DNA from: Planctomycetota bacterium
Lineage (GTDB): Bacteria; Planctomycetota; PLA2; JAEUHO01
DNA: 64,000 nt
Assembly (NCBI GenBank): GCA_965222115.1
Contig: CBDCTJ010000007.1
Span: forward strand, 768,001 to 832,000
Reading direction: 5' to 3'
The position numbers and the translations under genes were made by a program. Positions 19,472 to 29,012 of the stretch are shown here, piece after piece. Each line of letters starts with the position of its first letter. The stretch's first letter is position 1. The notes under the pieces were generated by a model that was given only the letters and a program-made list of their open reading frames with translations, did not search any database and had not been told where the DNA came from.

Positions 19472-20025
19472 CCAAGCAACTGGTCATAGTGGTCATGCGC
19501 TTCACGTTCGCGAGCAAGAGCCGCAATTTCATCATTATTCTTTCCTGCCACCCTCAGAATCCGAATAACTGGTATCGCGATGCTTGATTTGCCGGGGTCT
19601 TCCCACTCTGGCAAATCGTGGCTCTTGTTGCGAACATCCCAATCTGAGAGTTGGCAGTTCTCCTCATGGATCGAGTCCAGTATTCTCTTGTCCGCCCTTG
19701 TTAGCCGTCGTTCCGCAGGATGCTGTGAAATCTCGATGTTTCGTTCACCTGCGCCTTTCAGATGTGTGGACCAATAGCTTCCTGTTTCGATGAAGCAATC
19801 TTCCTTGATGCAGTTGTAGGCTTCGCTCAGAACGGGGCCGTGCTCCATCGAAACATACGTCCCGCCGCAAATTGGATGTCCATAAGTCAGAATTGAGGCA
19901 CGATCAGCGAAGTAGAGCAGCTTGAGTAGTCGCATTCGAGTAATCGAAGTGCCATGTTTTTGAATTAGGTACGCCGCCGCCTCAGTTGCGCGTTCTTCGT
20001 TGAATGGAAAGCTGCTCAGGTGCAT
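19468..20025 (-). CDS. Panacea (DUF4065/SocA-like) antitoxin
   Basis: LLKLLYFADR...YGHPICG..YVSMEHGPV...SHDLPEW signature. Confidence 0.9.
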   Translation of the reverse strand: MHLSSFPFNEERATEAAAYLIQKHGTSITRMRLLKLLYFADRASILTYGHPICGGTYVSMEHGPVLSEAYNCIKEDCFIETGSYWSTHLKGAGERNIEISQHPAERRLTRADKRILDSIHEENCQLSDWDVRNKSHDLPEWEDPGKSSIAIPVIRILRVAGKNNDEIAALAREREAHDHYDQLLG

Positions 20026-20175
20026 GGTCTCTCTACTGATCCTATTATCGGCTCTCCATCGGGTAACACCGCGCGCGACTCTGCTCCACACTTACTGAAT
20101 ACTAACACAATGGACGGGCCCGTCAATCGATCAATTGTGAACTCGCCCAAAGGCCTACTAGTGAATAAATAGGCA

Positions 20176-20370
20176 CTACTTTCCTCTCCTTAACGCCTCC
20201 AGAACCGCTCTCCGGGCCCAGGTCGCCGTGGGGATCCCCTCCATCTCGGCGGCCTCTTCGAGCCGAGCGTGCTCCTCTGGGCGTAGGCGGATAGGGACGA
20301 TCTCCGAGCGAACCTTGTCCTCCGGCAGCCGTGGGCGGCCCTGCTGACGCTGTTTCTTCTTGCCGCTCAT
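20176..20370 (-). CDS. Small ribbon-helix-helix DNA-binding protein
   Basis: GRPRLP...IVPIRLRPEEHARLEEAA...ATWARRAVLE. Confidence 0.7.
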   Translation of the reverse strand: MSGKKKQRQQGRPRLPEDKVRSEIVPIRLRPEEHARLEEAAEMEGIPTATWARRAVLEALRRGK

Positions 20371-20454
20371 ACTTGCCCCTAAGGCTATGAGCGATGTTTG
20401 TCGTTAGTTATTGTGCATTATGAATGCACGTAAAGTAGGCTGTGCGCCAGGAGG

Positions 20455-20928
20455 GTGCTCATGCCGAAAGTCAAGCCTATCGACCCGAAGACCATTGATT
20501 GGCGTAGAGAGCGACGGGAAGCGCGGAACCGGCCTGAGTCATGGTGGTCGAGGGTGAATCCAACCGCTGTTGTCATTGCGGCCCTTGCGTGCGTGACCAT
20601 CATTGCTCTGGCCTTGATCCTCACCAGGAGCAAGTATTCAGAGAGTGAGGCCCGATCTCTATTCAGGCTTGGCTTGGTCACGGCTTATGCCTCATACGAT
20701 TCGAACATCCAATCAGTAGCGAAGGACGGTAGCAAGGTAGGTCTCCTGGGGGCCATGATGCTGTCCAGGTCCATGGCCGCACAAATCACGAAGGATCTGG
20801 ATCCATCCGAAGGGGCCATCGCCCTATGCGTTGATGAGGTGAGAAACATGACGACGATCACGAAGGAGGCCTCGGCTAGGCTGAAGGAGAACCCCAGAGA
20901 GTTCATCCAAAGCGTGCTACGGGACTAG
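20455..20928 (+). CDS. Hypothetical single-TM protein (IS cargo)
   Basis: 157-aa ORF with hydrophobic segment AVVIAALACVTIIALALIL. Confidence 0.6.
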   Translation: MLMPKVKPIDPKTIDWRRERREARNRPESWWSRVNPTAVVIAALACVTIIALALILTRSKYSESEARSLFRLGLVTAYASYDSNIQSVAKDGSKVGLLGAMMLSRSMAAQITKDLDPSEGAIALCVDEVRNMTTITKEASARLKENPREFIQSVLRD

Positions 20929-21798
20929 ACCTCCTTTGACAGCGTTCCAGTCCTTGTGAACCTGCTCCTTGATCTCTGATAGTTGTCTCAGCCACTCAGT
21001 CATCTTGATCTTGAGATCCTGAAAGTCCTGGCACAGCAGTGCTTGGCATACATGTCCCTGAGCCGGGTGCGGATCCGACAGGATCTGAGAATAGTCCGGG
21101 CCGAGCACGTTGTGGACCTCCTGGAACCACAGTGACGCCTCCCTCGTAGCGTCAATGATGCCATATGCCGTGTTTGGGATTTTGCGAACAATGTCCCCAC
21201 CCCTCTCACTGAGCTTGTTGATCGAACCAAGAAGCGCCGCTAGATCCATCTCCTCTTGAGTCCTACGCTTTTCAAGGGCAGCCTTGAGTCGATCGATCTC
21301 CTCCTTCAGCTTTACGCTCTCACCATGAAGACGGCTGGACGTTGCCTCGGCATTTCGCAACTGGGCACGAAGGATCTCTTGGTCCTTCTTGCCCTGCTCA
21401 TGTTCTGACTCCAAAGACTTCACGCGACGATTTAGGTACTCAATGATCTTGTTCGCCTGCTCTCCCTTTTCACGAAGTGTTTCTACTTCTTTGTGCAAAC
21501 GTTCTTCACGCGCCCGATCTTCGTCCCGATAACGCTTCGCCAACACTAAAGGCGCTTCAACTAAGGCCCTGATATATATAAATGCCCACCAAGCAGCAGC
21601 GCCAACAACAGCCGCAACGAGATAAATAAAGTCCGGGGTCGCGTCCGATTTCGACGCCCAACAAATGAAAACCATCACCGCTGATCCAAAAATAGGTGCC
21701 AACCACGCCTTTCGAACTCGCTTCGCAGCATGGGCACGAGCCCACCTCCAACATTCCTTTCGCTCACCAGAAGTGAGGGCATACTTGTCCTGCGGCAT
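20917..21798 (-). CDS. Hypothetical two-TM coiled-coil protein (IS cargo)
   Basis: 293-aa ORF; two N-terminal hydrophobic helices then a long heptad-rich segment. Confidence 0.7.
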   Translation of the reverse strand: MPQDKYALTSGERKECWRWARAHAAKRVRKAWLAPIFGSAVMVFICWASKSDATPDFIYLVAAVVGAAAWWAFIYIRALVEAPLVLAKRYRDEDRAREERLHKEVETLREKGEQANKIIEYLNRRVKSLESEHEQGKKDQEILRAQLRNAEATSSRLHGESVKLKEEIDRLKAALEKRRTQEEMDLAALLGSINKLSERGGDIVRKIPNTAYGIIDATREASLWFQEVHNVLGPDYSQILSDPHPAQGHVCQALLCQDFQDLKIKMTEWLRQLSEIKEQVHKDWNAVKGGLVP

Positions 21799-21855
21799 CC
21801 CATTAGACTACCACCCTTGAAACAGGTATACAATACCCTTCATGAATAATCCGGG

Positions 21856-23094
21856 CTAACGCCGTCGATGGCGTTTGGATATGCTTGTGACGGCGTTTTG
21901 AATCGCCATCGAGACCCACTTGGGCAAGTCCGGTGTGGCCAGTGTATTTTGAAGCGGGCCCACGTGATGGATGGCGCCGTGACGGCTAATGGTCTTTACA
22001 GCCCATGACCACGTGCGTCGATCCTTGAGCGTCGGGAGCCGTTCCACGAGCCGGTCCGCGAGCCGTGACTCCAATGCGCCCCGAATGCCAAGCGTCAATG
22101 CGTCGCGCGCGGATGTGCAGTCGGGATCGTCCTTGGCGAGCGCAATGTCAATCAGCATGTCCACCATGGGCCACGTCTTTGGGTCTGCACGACCGAGTCC
22201 CAATTTGACCGCCGCCGCGCGAACGTCGGGGTGGTCGTTCGACATCGCCAGCTTCATGACGCGCGCTTCGATCTCATTGCTCAATTGGTGGATGCGCGCC
22301 ATGGCGTTTAGCGTCTCGAGATGGGCCTCGGCATCGTTTGTGTTGAGGTATGTGAGTAGGGGAATGCCCAACTCGCCGCGCAGATCGCCCTTCGCCTGCG
22401 CCACGAGATACTGCGGCACGCGATAGAGTGGCGACGCCGTGAGCCGACGGGCCAGGCGAAGTAGTGCCGACGCATCGGCATCGTCTAGCTGTTGTTCATC
22501 GGAAAGGGCAAGTAGTCCTTGAATGGCACTGGCGGCGAGTTCGAAGTCATCCGATCCCAAATTGCTGCGCAAGACCCGCCTAAATGCTCCGCGCTCCTCG
22601 TCGGTAAGCTGAGCGCGATACGTCTGTAGTAGCTTATTGCCATCAAGACTTGTGGTGCGATCCATCGAAGACACGTGTGCCATGAGGCTTTTGACGGCAT
22701 GCTCCCGAGCATTTGCATCCATGGGCGCGTTGATGCGCGCGCGTAGTTCGTCCAGCGACAATTGATCTGTTGCGAGCGGTTGAGCAACACCACCCGTGGC
22801 AGGAGTGTCACCGGGTTGCGCGTTCTTGGGGTCCGGAATGGCTGTATCGGGATCTGCGGATGCATCGTTTGTATGTGCATCGCTCGTCGTCTCAGAGCCA
22901 TTCTTATCCTCGGCCGCAACGGGTGTTGCCGTTGACCCGCCCCGCGTATGCTTCGGTGCCTGAGGCAGCGCTTCATGACGTTGATCAAACGCCTCGTCGA
23001 AACGTGCATCGTCGTCGTCCGTCATGGCATACATTGCCCACGCGATGACAGCCGTAAGCAACAAGCCAACGATGATCCAAAGTGCGCGCGACAT
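21856..23094 (-). CDS. Membrane-anchored HEAT-repeat protein
   Basis: N-terminal TM, disordered linker, DHPDVRAAAV-type helical repeats. Confidence 0.7.
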   Translation of the reverse strand: MSRALWIIVGLLLTAVIAWAMYAMTDDDDARFDEAFDQRHEALPQAPKHTRGGSTATPVAAEDKNGSETTSDAHTNDASADPDTAIPDPKNAQPGDTPATGGVAQPLATDQLSLDELRARINAPMDANAREHAVKSLMAHVSSMDRTTSLDGNKLLQTYRAQLTDEERGAFRRVLRSNLGSDDFELAASAIQGLLALSDEQQLDDADASALLRLARRLTASPLYRVPQYLVAQAKGDLRGELGIPLLTYLNTNDAEAHLETLNAMARIHQLSNEIEARVMKLAMSNDHPDVRAAAVKLGLGRADPKTWPMVDMLIDIALAKDDPDCTSARDALTLGIRGALESRLADRLVERLPTLKDRRTWSWAVKTISRHGAIHHVGPLQNTLATPDLPKWVSMAIQNAVTSISKRHRRR

Positions 23095-23180
23095 GGCGTT
23101 GTTTGGGAACTCCTACCTACGGCGCACCATCGTAGTGTGCGTCGGGCGTCGTCCGCTGATTTCTATGCGAACGCCGGACG

Positions 23181-24689
23181 CTACCAATGCGTACTGCGGG
23201 CATAGGTGGCGATGTAGTCCTCGGTGGGGATCTTTCGCCGCGTGCTCTTGCTGGTCATGTAACGCACCTTGCCAAAAATAGGCCGCTCCGGCCCCCACGC
23301 GCGATCATGACGACCCAAGACCCAGAAGATTCCCGAATACGAGTTGGGATCGCGACCGTCCAACGCGTACTTGTCGTTGAGATGAATCATGGTTTCGAGC
23401 GCGCGCTCGGGCGATGGCGACCACGCCACAATGTTCTTTCCCCAAAGCATGCGCAGGTAGCTCGGGATACGTCCCTCACGTACGAGCTGTCGTTGCATGG
23501 CATTCCACAATTCGTCGTGGGTTTCGCCGCGCTCAAGCGTATTGAGATCATAGACAGGATCGCGACGGTCACCCCGGTGATCGTTCAGCGTCTTGCGTGC
23601 CCAGTCCGGCAAGCTTGCGTAGAGCATGTAGTTGTCGCGGAAGAAACAGGTGTTGAACCCCAATTCCCGCCAGGTAACCAGTTGATCGAGAAACGCCTCG
23701 GAGCCGGACGGAAGTCCCCACCAGCCCTGGCGCGCACCGCGTCCACCGGGCGTAAGTGTGGTGACGTCCCAATCAAGCGCGGCTGCAATGGCTGCTAGTA
23801 CCTCATGAGGCGAGATCATGCCGAAGTGCAAGTAGGCACTCAACTGACTCGTAACGGGTTCGCTCGGATGACGCCCCTCTTCCACGTAGGCGTCCAGGCG
23901 ACTACCCACGAAAGCTTCAAGGCGCGCGCGGGCTTCGTCCATACCGCCAACCGCACTTCCATGTCCAATGACGTCCACGGGCGTTACGTCATGATCAATC
24001 GGTAGCGTTTCGAGTTGGTCGCTCCCGGTCGATGTAAGGAGATCCCCACTTGCCGGTTGCCAGGTGGATAGAAGCGATGCATCCACGTACTGTTCAAGTG
24101 CGTCATGCGCGTGCGTCCGCAAATCGTCAACCGGTGAAACGAGCGGTGTGTGGTCAAGATGCGCAGGGAGTTCTTGTTGCAAGAAGCGGCGAAATCCATG
24201 TGCCGTTGGAAAACAGCGCGGTGCGGCACGCATGGGTAAGAGTCCGCAACCATCCACGGCCTCTATCAAACAACGCGCCTGTTGACCCGCTGAGGCAATC
24301 ATGGTGGGGTAGTGAAAACACGGGTGGTCATCGATCACCATCCGGCACGCGTGCTTCGAAACGGATTGAAGAAAACCCTTGCCTGCGTCCTTCGCCGGTT
24401 CCACATAGGGCCAGTAGAGCACGCCCGAACCTCCCAGCGCGCGCGCATGATTGGCCATACCGTCAATCACAAAGCGATGAAACCGATCCGACGCCCACGG
24501 ATAGTCCACCCGCAGCGGTTCCACGATCAGGAGCGGTTTCTTATGCTCATTCGCCGCCTGAATCGCATGGTCAAGCGCCACATTGTGCCGAACGCGCCGC
24601 TGCGCCACCATCCAATACACCACAAAGTCACCGTCGGCTCGCACCGACAGGCCATTGAGGGTTCGCAGTCGTGACGCTGGAGCTTTCAC
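23181..24689 (-). CDS. phrB: Class II CPD deoxyribodipyrimidine photolyase
   Basis: VVYWM, SQLSAYLHFG, THDELWNA.Q, YLRMLWGK, DGRDPNSYSGIFW...HDRAWGPERPIFGKVRYM. Confidence 0.93.
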   Translation of the reverse strand: MKAPASRLRTLNGLSVRADGDFVVYWMVAQRRVRHNVALDHAIQAANEHKKPLLIVEPLRVDYPWASDRFHRFVIDGMANHARALGGSGVLYWPYVEPAKDAGKGFLQSVSKHACRMVIDDHPCFHYPTMIASAGQQARCLIEAVDGCGLLPMRAAPRCFPTAHGFRRFLQQELPAHLDHTPLVSPVDDLRTHAHDALEQYVDASLLSTWQPASGDLLTSTGSDQLETLPIDHDVTPVDVIGHGSAVGGMDEARARLEAFVGSRLDAYVEEGRHPSEPVTSQLSAYLHFGMISPHEVLAAIAAALDWDVTTLTPGGRGARQGWWGLPSGSEAFLDQLVTWRELGFNTCFFRDNYMLYASLPDWARKTLNDHRGDRRDPVYDLNTLERGETHDELWNAMQRQLVREGRIPSYLRMLWGKNIVAWSPSPERALETMIHLNDKYALDGRDPNSYSGIFWVLGRHDRAWGPERPIFGKVRYMTSKSTRRKIPTEDYIATYARSTHW

Positions 24690-24701
24690 CTACCCGTCAT
24701 A

Positions 24702-24777
24702 ACATACACACTGGTGCCAGGCACGCCGATGTACCCACTACATACGTCGCTGTGCCTGGCACGGAAGGGTATCTACA
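24702..24777. repeat. Inverted pair of REP-like GTGCC(A/T)GGCAC units
   Basis: GTGCCAGGCAC.CCGATGTA followed by an inverted copy; related units at 59386-59422 and 59632-59670. Confidence 0.65.
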
Positions 24778-25192
24778 GAAGGCCGAGTTGGAGTTTGGCT
24801 TCTTCGGTGAGTTTGTCGCGGGTCCACGGAGGTTCCCAGACGAGGTCGACGTCGGCGGTGTCGATTTCGTCGAGTTGTTCGACGCGGGAGCGGACTTCGC
24901 CGGGCAAGGTGCCGGCCACCGGGCACGCTGGGGTTGTGAGCGTCATGGTGATCTTGGCGTGTTTCGTGTCGGCGTCGACTTCAACGTTGTAGATCAAGCC
25001 GAGGTCGTAGATGTTCACGGGAATCTCGGGGTCGAACACACTGCGTAGCGCGTCGAGCACCTTTTCGTCCAATGTGCGCGTGTCGGCACTGGCCTTCATG
25101 GTAGGCAGTCCGGTTCCGGGCGGCAACGGTGGCTTCTTCTCGTCGTTTGATGAGGTCGCCGGCGTATCGGGTGTTGAAGGGGAGTTTGTCAT
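24773..25192 (-). CDS. sufT: SUF system Fe-S assembly protein (DUF59/SufT-like)
   Basis: VFDPEIPVNIYDLGLIY, MTLTTPACP, VWEPPW. Confidence 0.88.
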   Translation of the reverse strand: MTNSPSTPDTPATSSNDEKKPPLPPGTGLPTMKASADTRTLDEKVLDALRSVFDPEIPVNIYDLGLIYNVEVDADTKHAKITMTLTTPACPVAGTLPGEVRSRVEQLDEIDTADVDLVWEPPWTRDKLTEEAKLQLGLL

Positions 25193-25196
25193 CGTG

Positions 25197-25646
25197 TTAT
25201 TCCGTCGTCACCGTCTCGCCCGAGTGCTTCAGTGCGGCTTGCACCGTATGCCACGCAAGCGTGGCGCACTTGACGCGAATGGGAAACTCAGAGACGCCTT
25301 CGAACACGGCCAACTTGCCGAGGGCGTCTAGATCCGTGTCCTCCGTTTCGCCCGTCACCATGGCGTGAAAGCGTTCGAAGAGCGCTTCAGCTTCGGCAAT
25401 CGTTTTGCCGGCCAACGTTTCCGTGAGGATCGATGCCGATGCAACGGATATGGCGCAACCGGAACCATCAAAGTGAACGTGCGTAATCCGGTCGCCGTCC
25501 AGGGAAACGAAGAGCGTGAATTTGTCGCCGCACAGTGGGTTGTGCCCCAACGCTTCACAGTCGGATGTGTCGGGCGCGCCGAAGTTTCGAGGATTCTTCC
25601 CATGGTCGAGAATCATCTCTTGATAGAGTTCGCGTAGATCGGCCAT
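25197..25646 (-). CDS. sufU: SUF system NifU-family protein
   Basis: LYQEMILDH, NPLCGD, GCAIS.ASAS, RVKCATLAWH. Confidence 0.93.
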   Translation of the reverse strand: MADLRELYQEMILDHGKNPRNFGAPDTSDCEALGHNPLCGDKFTLFVSLDGDRITHVHFDGSGCAISVASASILTETLAGKTIAEAEALFERFHAMVTGETEDTDLDALGKLAVFEGVSEFPIRVKCATLAWHTVQAALKHSGETVTTE

Positions 25647-26893
25647 TACCCCAGCACCTCGTGAACGCGCTTCAATCCGTGCGCTAGCGCGTCGATGTCC
25701 TGTTCATTGTTGTAGAGCCCAAGCGACGCGCGCGCCGTGGCCGTAATGCCCAAGCGATCCATCACCGGTTGAGCACAGTGATGACCCGCGCGAATGGCGA
25801 CGTTCTCGGCATCGAGAATGGTGCCGATGTCATGGGGGTGGGCATAGTCGAGGGTGAACGACAATACGCTGGCCTTGTTCTTCGCGCGTCCTACGAGCGT
25901 GAGCCCTGGAATCGCATCGAGCTTCTCGGTGCCGTAACGCAAGAGTCGCGCTTCGTGCGCGGCGATTGCACCGAGCCCGAGACGATCTACATACTCAAGC
26001 GCGCAACCGAGTCCAATGGCGCCCGCAATGTTGGGCGTCCCCGCTTCGAACTTATTCGGTAACTCGTTGTACGTGGTGCCCCGGAATGACACGGAGCGAA
26101 TCATGTCGCCACCGCCTTGATAGGGCGGCAGGTCATTCAGAAGCGCTTCCTTGCCATATAGCACACCAATGCCGGTAGGCCCATAAACCTTGTGGCCACT
26201 CATGGCATAGAAGTCGGCGTCAAGTGCCTTCACATCAACGGCCATGTGCGGCAGGGCCTGCGCCCCATCAACCAATACAACGGCGCCCACATGATGCGCG
26301 CGCTTTATGAGCATTTCGACGGGGTTGATCGTGCCCAGAGCATTGGATATGTGCACCACGGCAACGATCTTTGTGCGATTTGAGATTATTGTGTCTAAGT
26401 CGTCGAGCACCAGCTCGCCTTCGTCGGACATGGGAATCACGCGCAACGTGGCACCGGTCTGTTCGCACACCATTTGCCAAGGGACGATATTGGAATGGTG
26501 TTCCATGGTGCTTACGAGCACTTCGTCGCCTGCCTTGAGACGCGTACGTCCAAAAGTCTGTGCTACAAGATTGATGGCCTCGGTCGTGCCTCGAGTAAAG
26601 ATGACTTCGCGCGTGCTGGCAGCGCCGAGATGCGCTGCAACCGTCTTGCGCGCCCCCTCGTACATCGCGGTGGCCTCTTGGCTCAACCGATGGACGCCAC
26701 GGTGCACATTGCTGTTGAATTGTTCGTAGTAGTTGGTCAGTGATTCGATCACACACGCGGGCTTGTGCGTGGTGGCTGCGCTATCGAGGTACACGATGGG
26801 TTTACCGTTGGCTTCGCGGCGCAAGTTGGGAAACTCGGCGCGCACGGCGTCGATGTCAAAGGCCGTTACGTTAGAAGGTGCGGAGGACGTCAT
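25646..26893 (-). CDS. sufS: Cysteine desulfurase
   Basis: YLDSAAT, EHHSNIVPW, SGHK (PLP Lys), RAGHHCAQP. Confidence 0.96.
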   Translation of the reverse strand: MTSSAPSNVTAFDIDAVRAEFPNLRREANGKPIVYLDSAATTHKPACVIESLTNYYEQFNSNVHRGVHRLSQEATAMYEGARKTVAAHLGAASTREVIFTRGTTEAINLVAQTFGRTRLKAGDEVLVSTMEHHSNIVPWQMVCEQTGATLRVIPMSDEGELVLDDLDTIISNRTKIVAVVHISNALGTINPVEMLIKRAHHVGAVVLVDGAQALPHMAVDVKALDADFYAMSGHKVYGPTGIGVLYGKEALLNDLPPYQGGGDMIRSVSFRGTTYNELPNKFEAGTPNIAGAIGLGCALEYVDRLGLGAIAAHEARLLRYGTEKLDAIPGLTLVGRAKNKASVLSFTLDYAHPHDIGTILDAENVAIRAGHHCAQPVMDRLGITATARASLGLYNNEQDIDALAHGLKRVHEVLG

Positions 26894-28179
26894 GCGCGGT
26901 GCTCCTCCTGATCGGCGGCGGCAACACGTGCAATGTGCGCGCGAATGCGTAAACCCATGGCCTCACGCAATCGTTCGTCTTCAACGCCCGCAAGCGCATC
27001 GCGCCCGAAGGCCTCCATCAGAAGAGAGCGCGCATGGACTTTATCGATCCCACGTGCGCGCAGGTAAAAGAGCGCGTCTTCGTCCAGTCGGCCGATGGTG
27101 GCGCCGTGTGTGCAACGCACATCGTCGGCGTAAATCTCAAGTTGGGGGCGTGTGTTGGCCACGGCGTCGTCGGTCAATAAGAGGTTGTGATTGGCCTGTT
27201 CGGCGGCGGTGCGTTGCGCGTCTTGTTTCACCACCACGCGCCCGGTAAACCCACTCGCGCTGGCGTCGCCTAAGATGCCGCGAAACTGCTGCTCGCTTTG
27301 GCACTTTGGTGCGTCGTGATGAATCACAATATGTGTGTCGGCTCGGCGCGATTCATCCAGCAAGGTGAGTCCGCCCAGCGAGGCGGAAGCGTCTTCGCCG
27401 GTGAGTCGAACGGTGATGGTGTCGCGCGAAACCGGGCCACCACTGCGCAGGCTGGCCGATGCAAACTCGCTGGCCGCGTCTTGGTGCACCGTGCGCGTAT
27501 GGACGAGGTAGCTCGATGCCATATCGATGGCTTCCACCGTGCCTGTGAGTCGCGCGTTCTTTGCGAGGGCAACAGATTCGACGGGGCATGCGAGATGCGC
27601 GGTGTCCGCTTCGCCCAAATGCACCGTGTGCATGGTGAGTGAGCTTCCCTTGCCTACGGAAATCTTGATGCGCGGAGCGCTAACGGTGGCGTGCCCCTTG
27701 TTGGTCGTCACGTAGGCAACATAGAGCGGCGCATCGATCGACGCGCCGTCGGCAACCGCCATAGACAACGTTGTAGGTTGCACGGCGTAGTTGAGCAATA
27801 CAAAGGGATCTGTGGCGCCGTCGGACGCCGTTGTGTTCTCGTGACTCGCGATCGAAAGTGGCTTGGGCCAGCCGTTGCAGTTGGAAAGCGTGTCGTCAAT
27901 GCTGCCGTTGACGAGCACAAGCCGCAACGCGTTGGTGTCGTGCACAAGTTCGTCAAGCGACGCACGGATGGCATTGCGAATCGAGTCGCTCGGCGCGTCG
28001 GGTTGAACAAACCGTTCGCGGCGAAGCGCGCGTAGGTCCGAATAGAGCCAGTCCTCATCGCGCGATACGGGAAGGCCGCATGCCAGGAAACGTGACCAAT
28101 GGGATGACGACGTGTCAGTCGCGAGTGCGGCAAACGGCTTGGCGTCGTTGTGGGTCGTGGGGGTGGGAGCAACCGGCAT
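26890..28179 (-). CDS. sufD: Fe-S cluster assembly protein SufD
   Basis: PQLEIYADDVRCTHGATIG, LFYLRARGI. Confidence 0.93.
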   Translation of the reverse strand: MPVAPTPTTHNDAKPFAALATDTSSSHWSRFLACGLPVSRDEDWLYSDLRALRRERFVQPDAPSDSIRNAIRASLDELVHDTNALRLVLVNGSIDDTLSNCNGWPKPLSIASHENTTASDGATDPFVLLNYAVQPTTLSMAVADGASIDAPLYVAYVTTNKGHATVSAPRIKISVGKGSSLTMHTVHLGEADTAHLACPVESVALAKNARLTGTVEAIDMASSYLVHTRTVHQDAASEFASASLRSGGPVSRDTITVRLTGEDASASLGGLTLLDESRRADTHIVIHHDAPKCQSEQQFRGILGDASASGFTGRVVVKQDAQRTAAEQANHNLLLTDDAVANTRPQLEIYADDVRCTHGATIGRLDEDALFYLRARGIDKVHARSLLMEAFGRDALAGVEDERLREAMGLRIRAHIARVAAADQEEHRA

Positions 28180-28233
28180 AGTGCGTTCCGTTGGAGGTTT
28201 CTCTGCTGTTCTTATCTGATGTGCCGTTTGTGT

Positions 28234-29007
28234 TTATGCGCCTGCGGGCGAAGGAGCGTCTTCCAGCCACGAATAGCCCTTGGCTTCTAGCTCAAGCGCC
28301 AAACTGCGATCGCCCGAACGGGCAATGCGTCCGTCGGCGAGCACATGGACCACGTCAGGAACAATGTGATCGAGCAGGCGCTGGTAGTGGGTGATGACCA
28401 GGAAGGCGCGCTTGTCGTTACGCAGCGCATTGACACCTTCGGAAACGATGCGCAACGCGTCAATGTCGAGACCCGAATCGGTTTCATCGAGGATCACGAG
28501 TTCGGGTTCAAGCACGAGCATCTGCAGCACTTCATTGCGCTTCTTCTCGCCACCGCTAAAGCCCTCGTTCACCGCGCGGCGCAGCATGGCGTGGTCCATC
28601 TGGAGCATGTCGGCCTTGCTGCGCGCAATCTTCAGGAAATCGATTGCGTCAAGTTCGGATTCGCCGCGGTGCGTGCGCACGGCGTTGAGTCCTTCACGCA
28701 GCAACTGTGAATTGCTCACGCCCGGAATCTCTACGGGATATTGAAACGCAAGAAACACGCCTTCGCGAGCGCGCTCCTCGGGCTCCATGTCGAGCAAGTC
28801 GTTGCCCTTGTAGGACACGCTGCCCTTCGTGACCTCGACGTCGTCACGTCCGGCCAGCACGCGCGCAAGCGTGCTCTTCCCGGAGCCGTTGGGGCCCATA
28901 ATGGCGTGTACCTTGCCCGGTTGGAGGGTGAGGTCGATGCCACGCAGTATCTGTATATCGCCCGCGGAGGCGTGAAGATCTGAAATCGTGAGTACAGGTG
29001 CATTCAT
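28234..29007 (-). CDS. sufC: Fe-S cluster assembly ATPase SufC
   Basis: GPNGSGKS, FQYPVEIPGV, NEGFSGGEKKRNE, DETDSGLD. Confidence 0.97.
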   Translation of the reverse strand: MNAPVLTISDLHASAGDIQILRGIDLTLQPGKVHAIMGPNGSGKSTLARVLAGRDDVEVTKGSVSYKGNDLLDMEPEERAREGVFLAFQYPVEIPGVSNSQLLREGLNAVRTHRGESELDAIDFLKIARSKADMLQMDHAMLRRAVNEGFSGGEKKRNEVLQMLVLEPELVILDETDSGLDIDALRIVSEGVNALRNDKRAFLVITHYQRLLDHIVPDVVHVLADGRIARSGDRSLALELEAKGYSWLEDAPSPAGA

Positions 29008-29012
29008 GGTGA

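Larger units (their letters stand above)
17925..21838 (+). mobile_element. IS1595-family element with passenger genes (tIS; ends resemble the ISNwi1-group ggnnatTAT consensus)
   Basis: 24-bp imperfect terminal IRs (GGGGATTATATACTTGACTCAAGG vs revcomp GGGTATTGTATACCTGTTTCAAGG, 19/24); 8-bp direct repeat TTCATGAA at 17917-17924 and 21839-21846; transposase inside; visibly more AT-rich. Confidence 0.9.
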
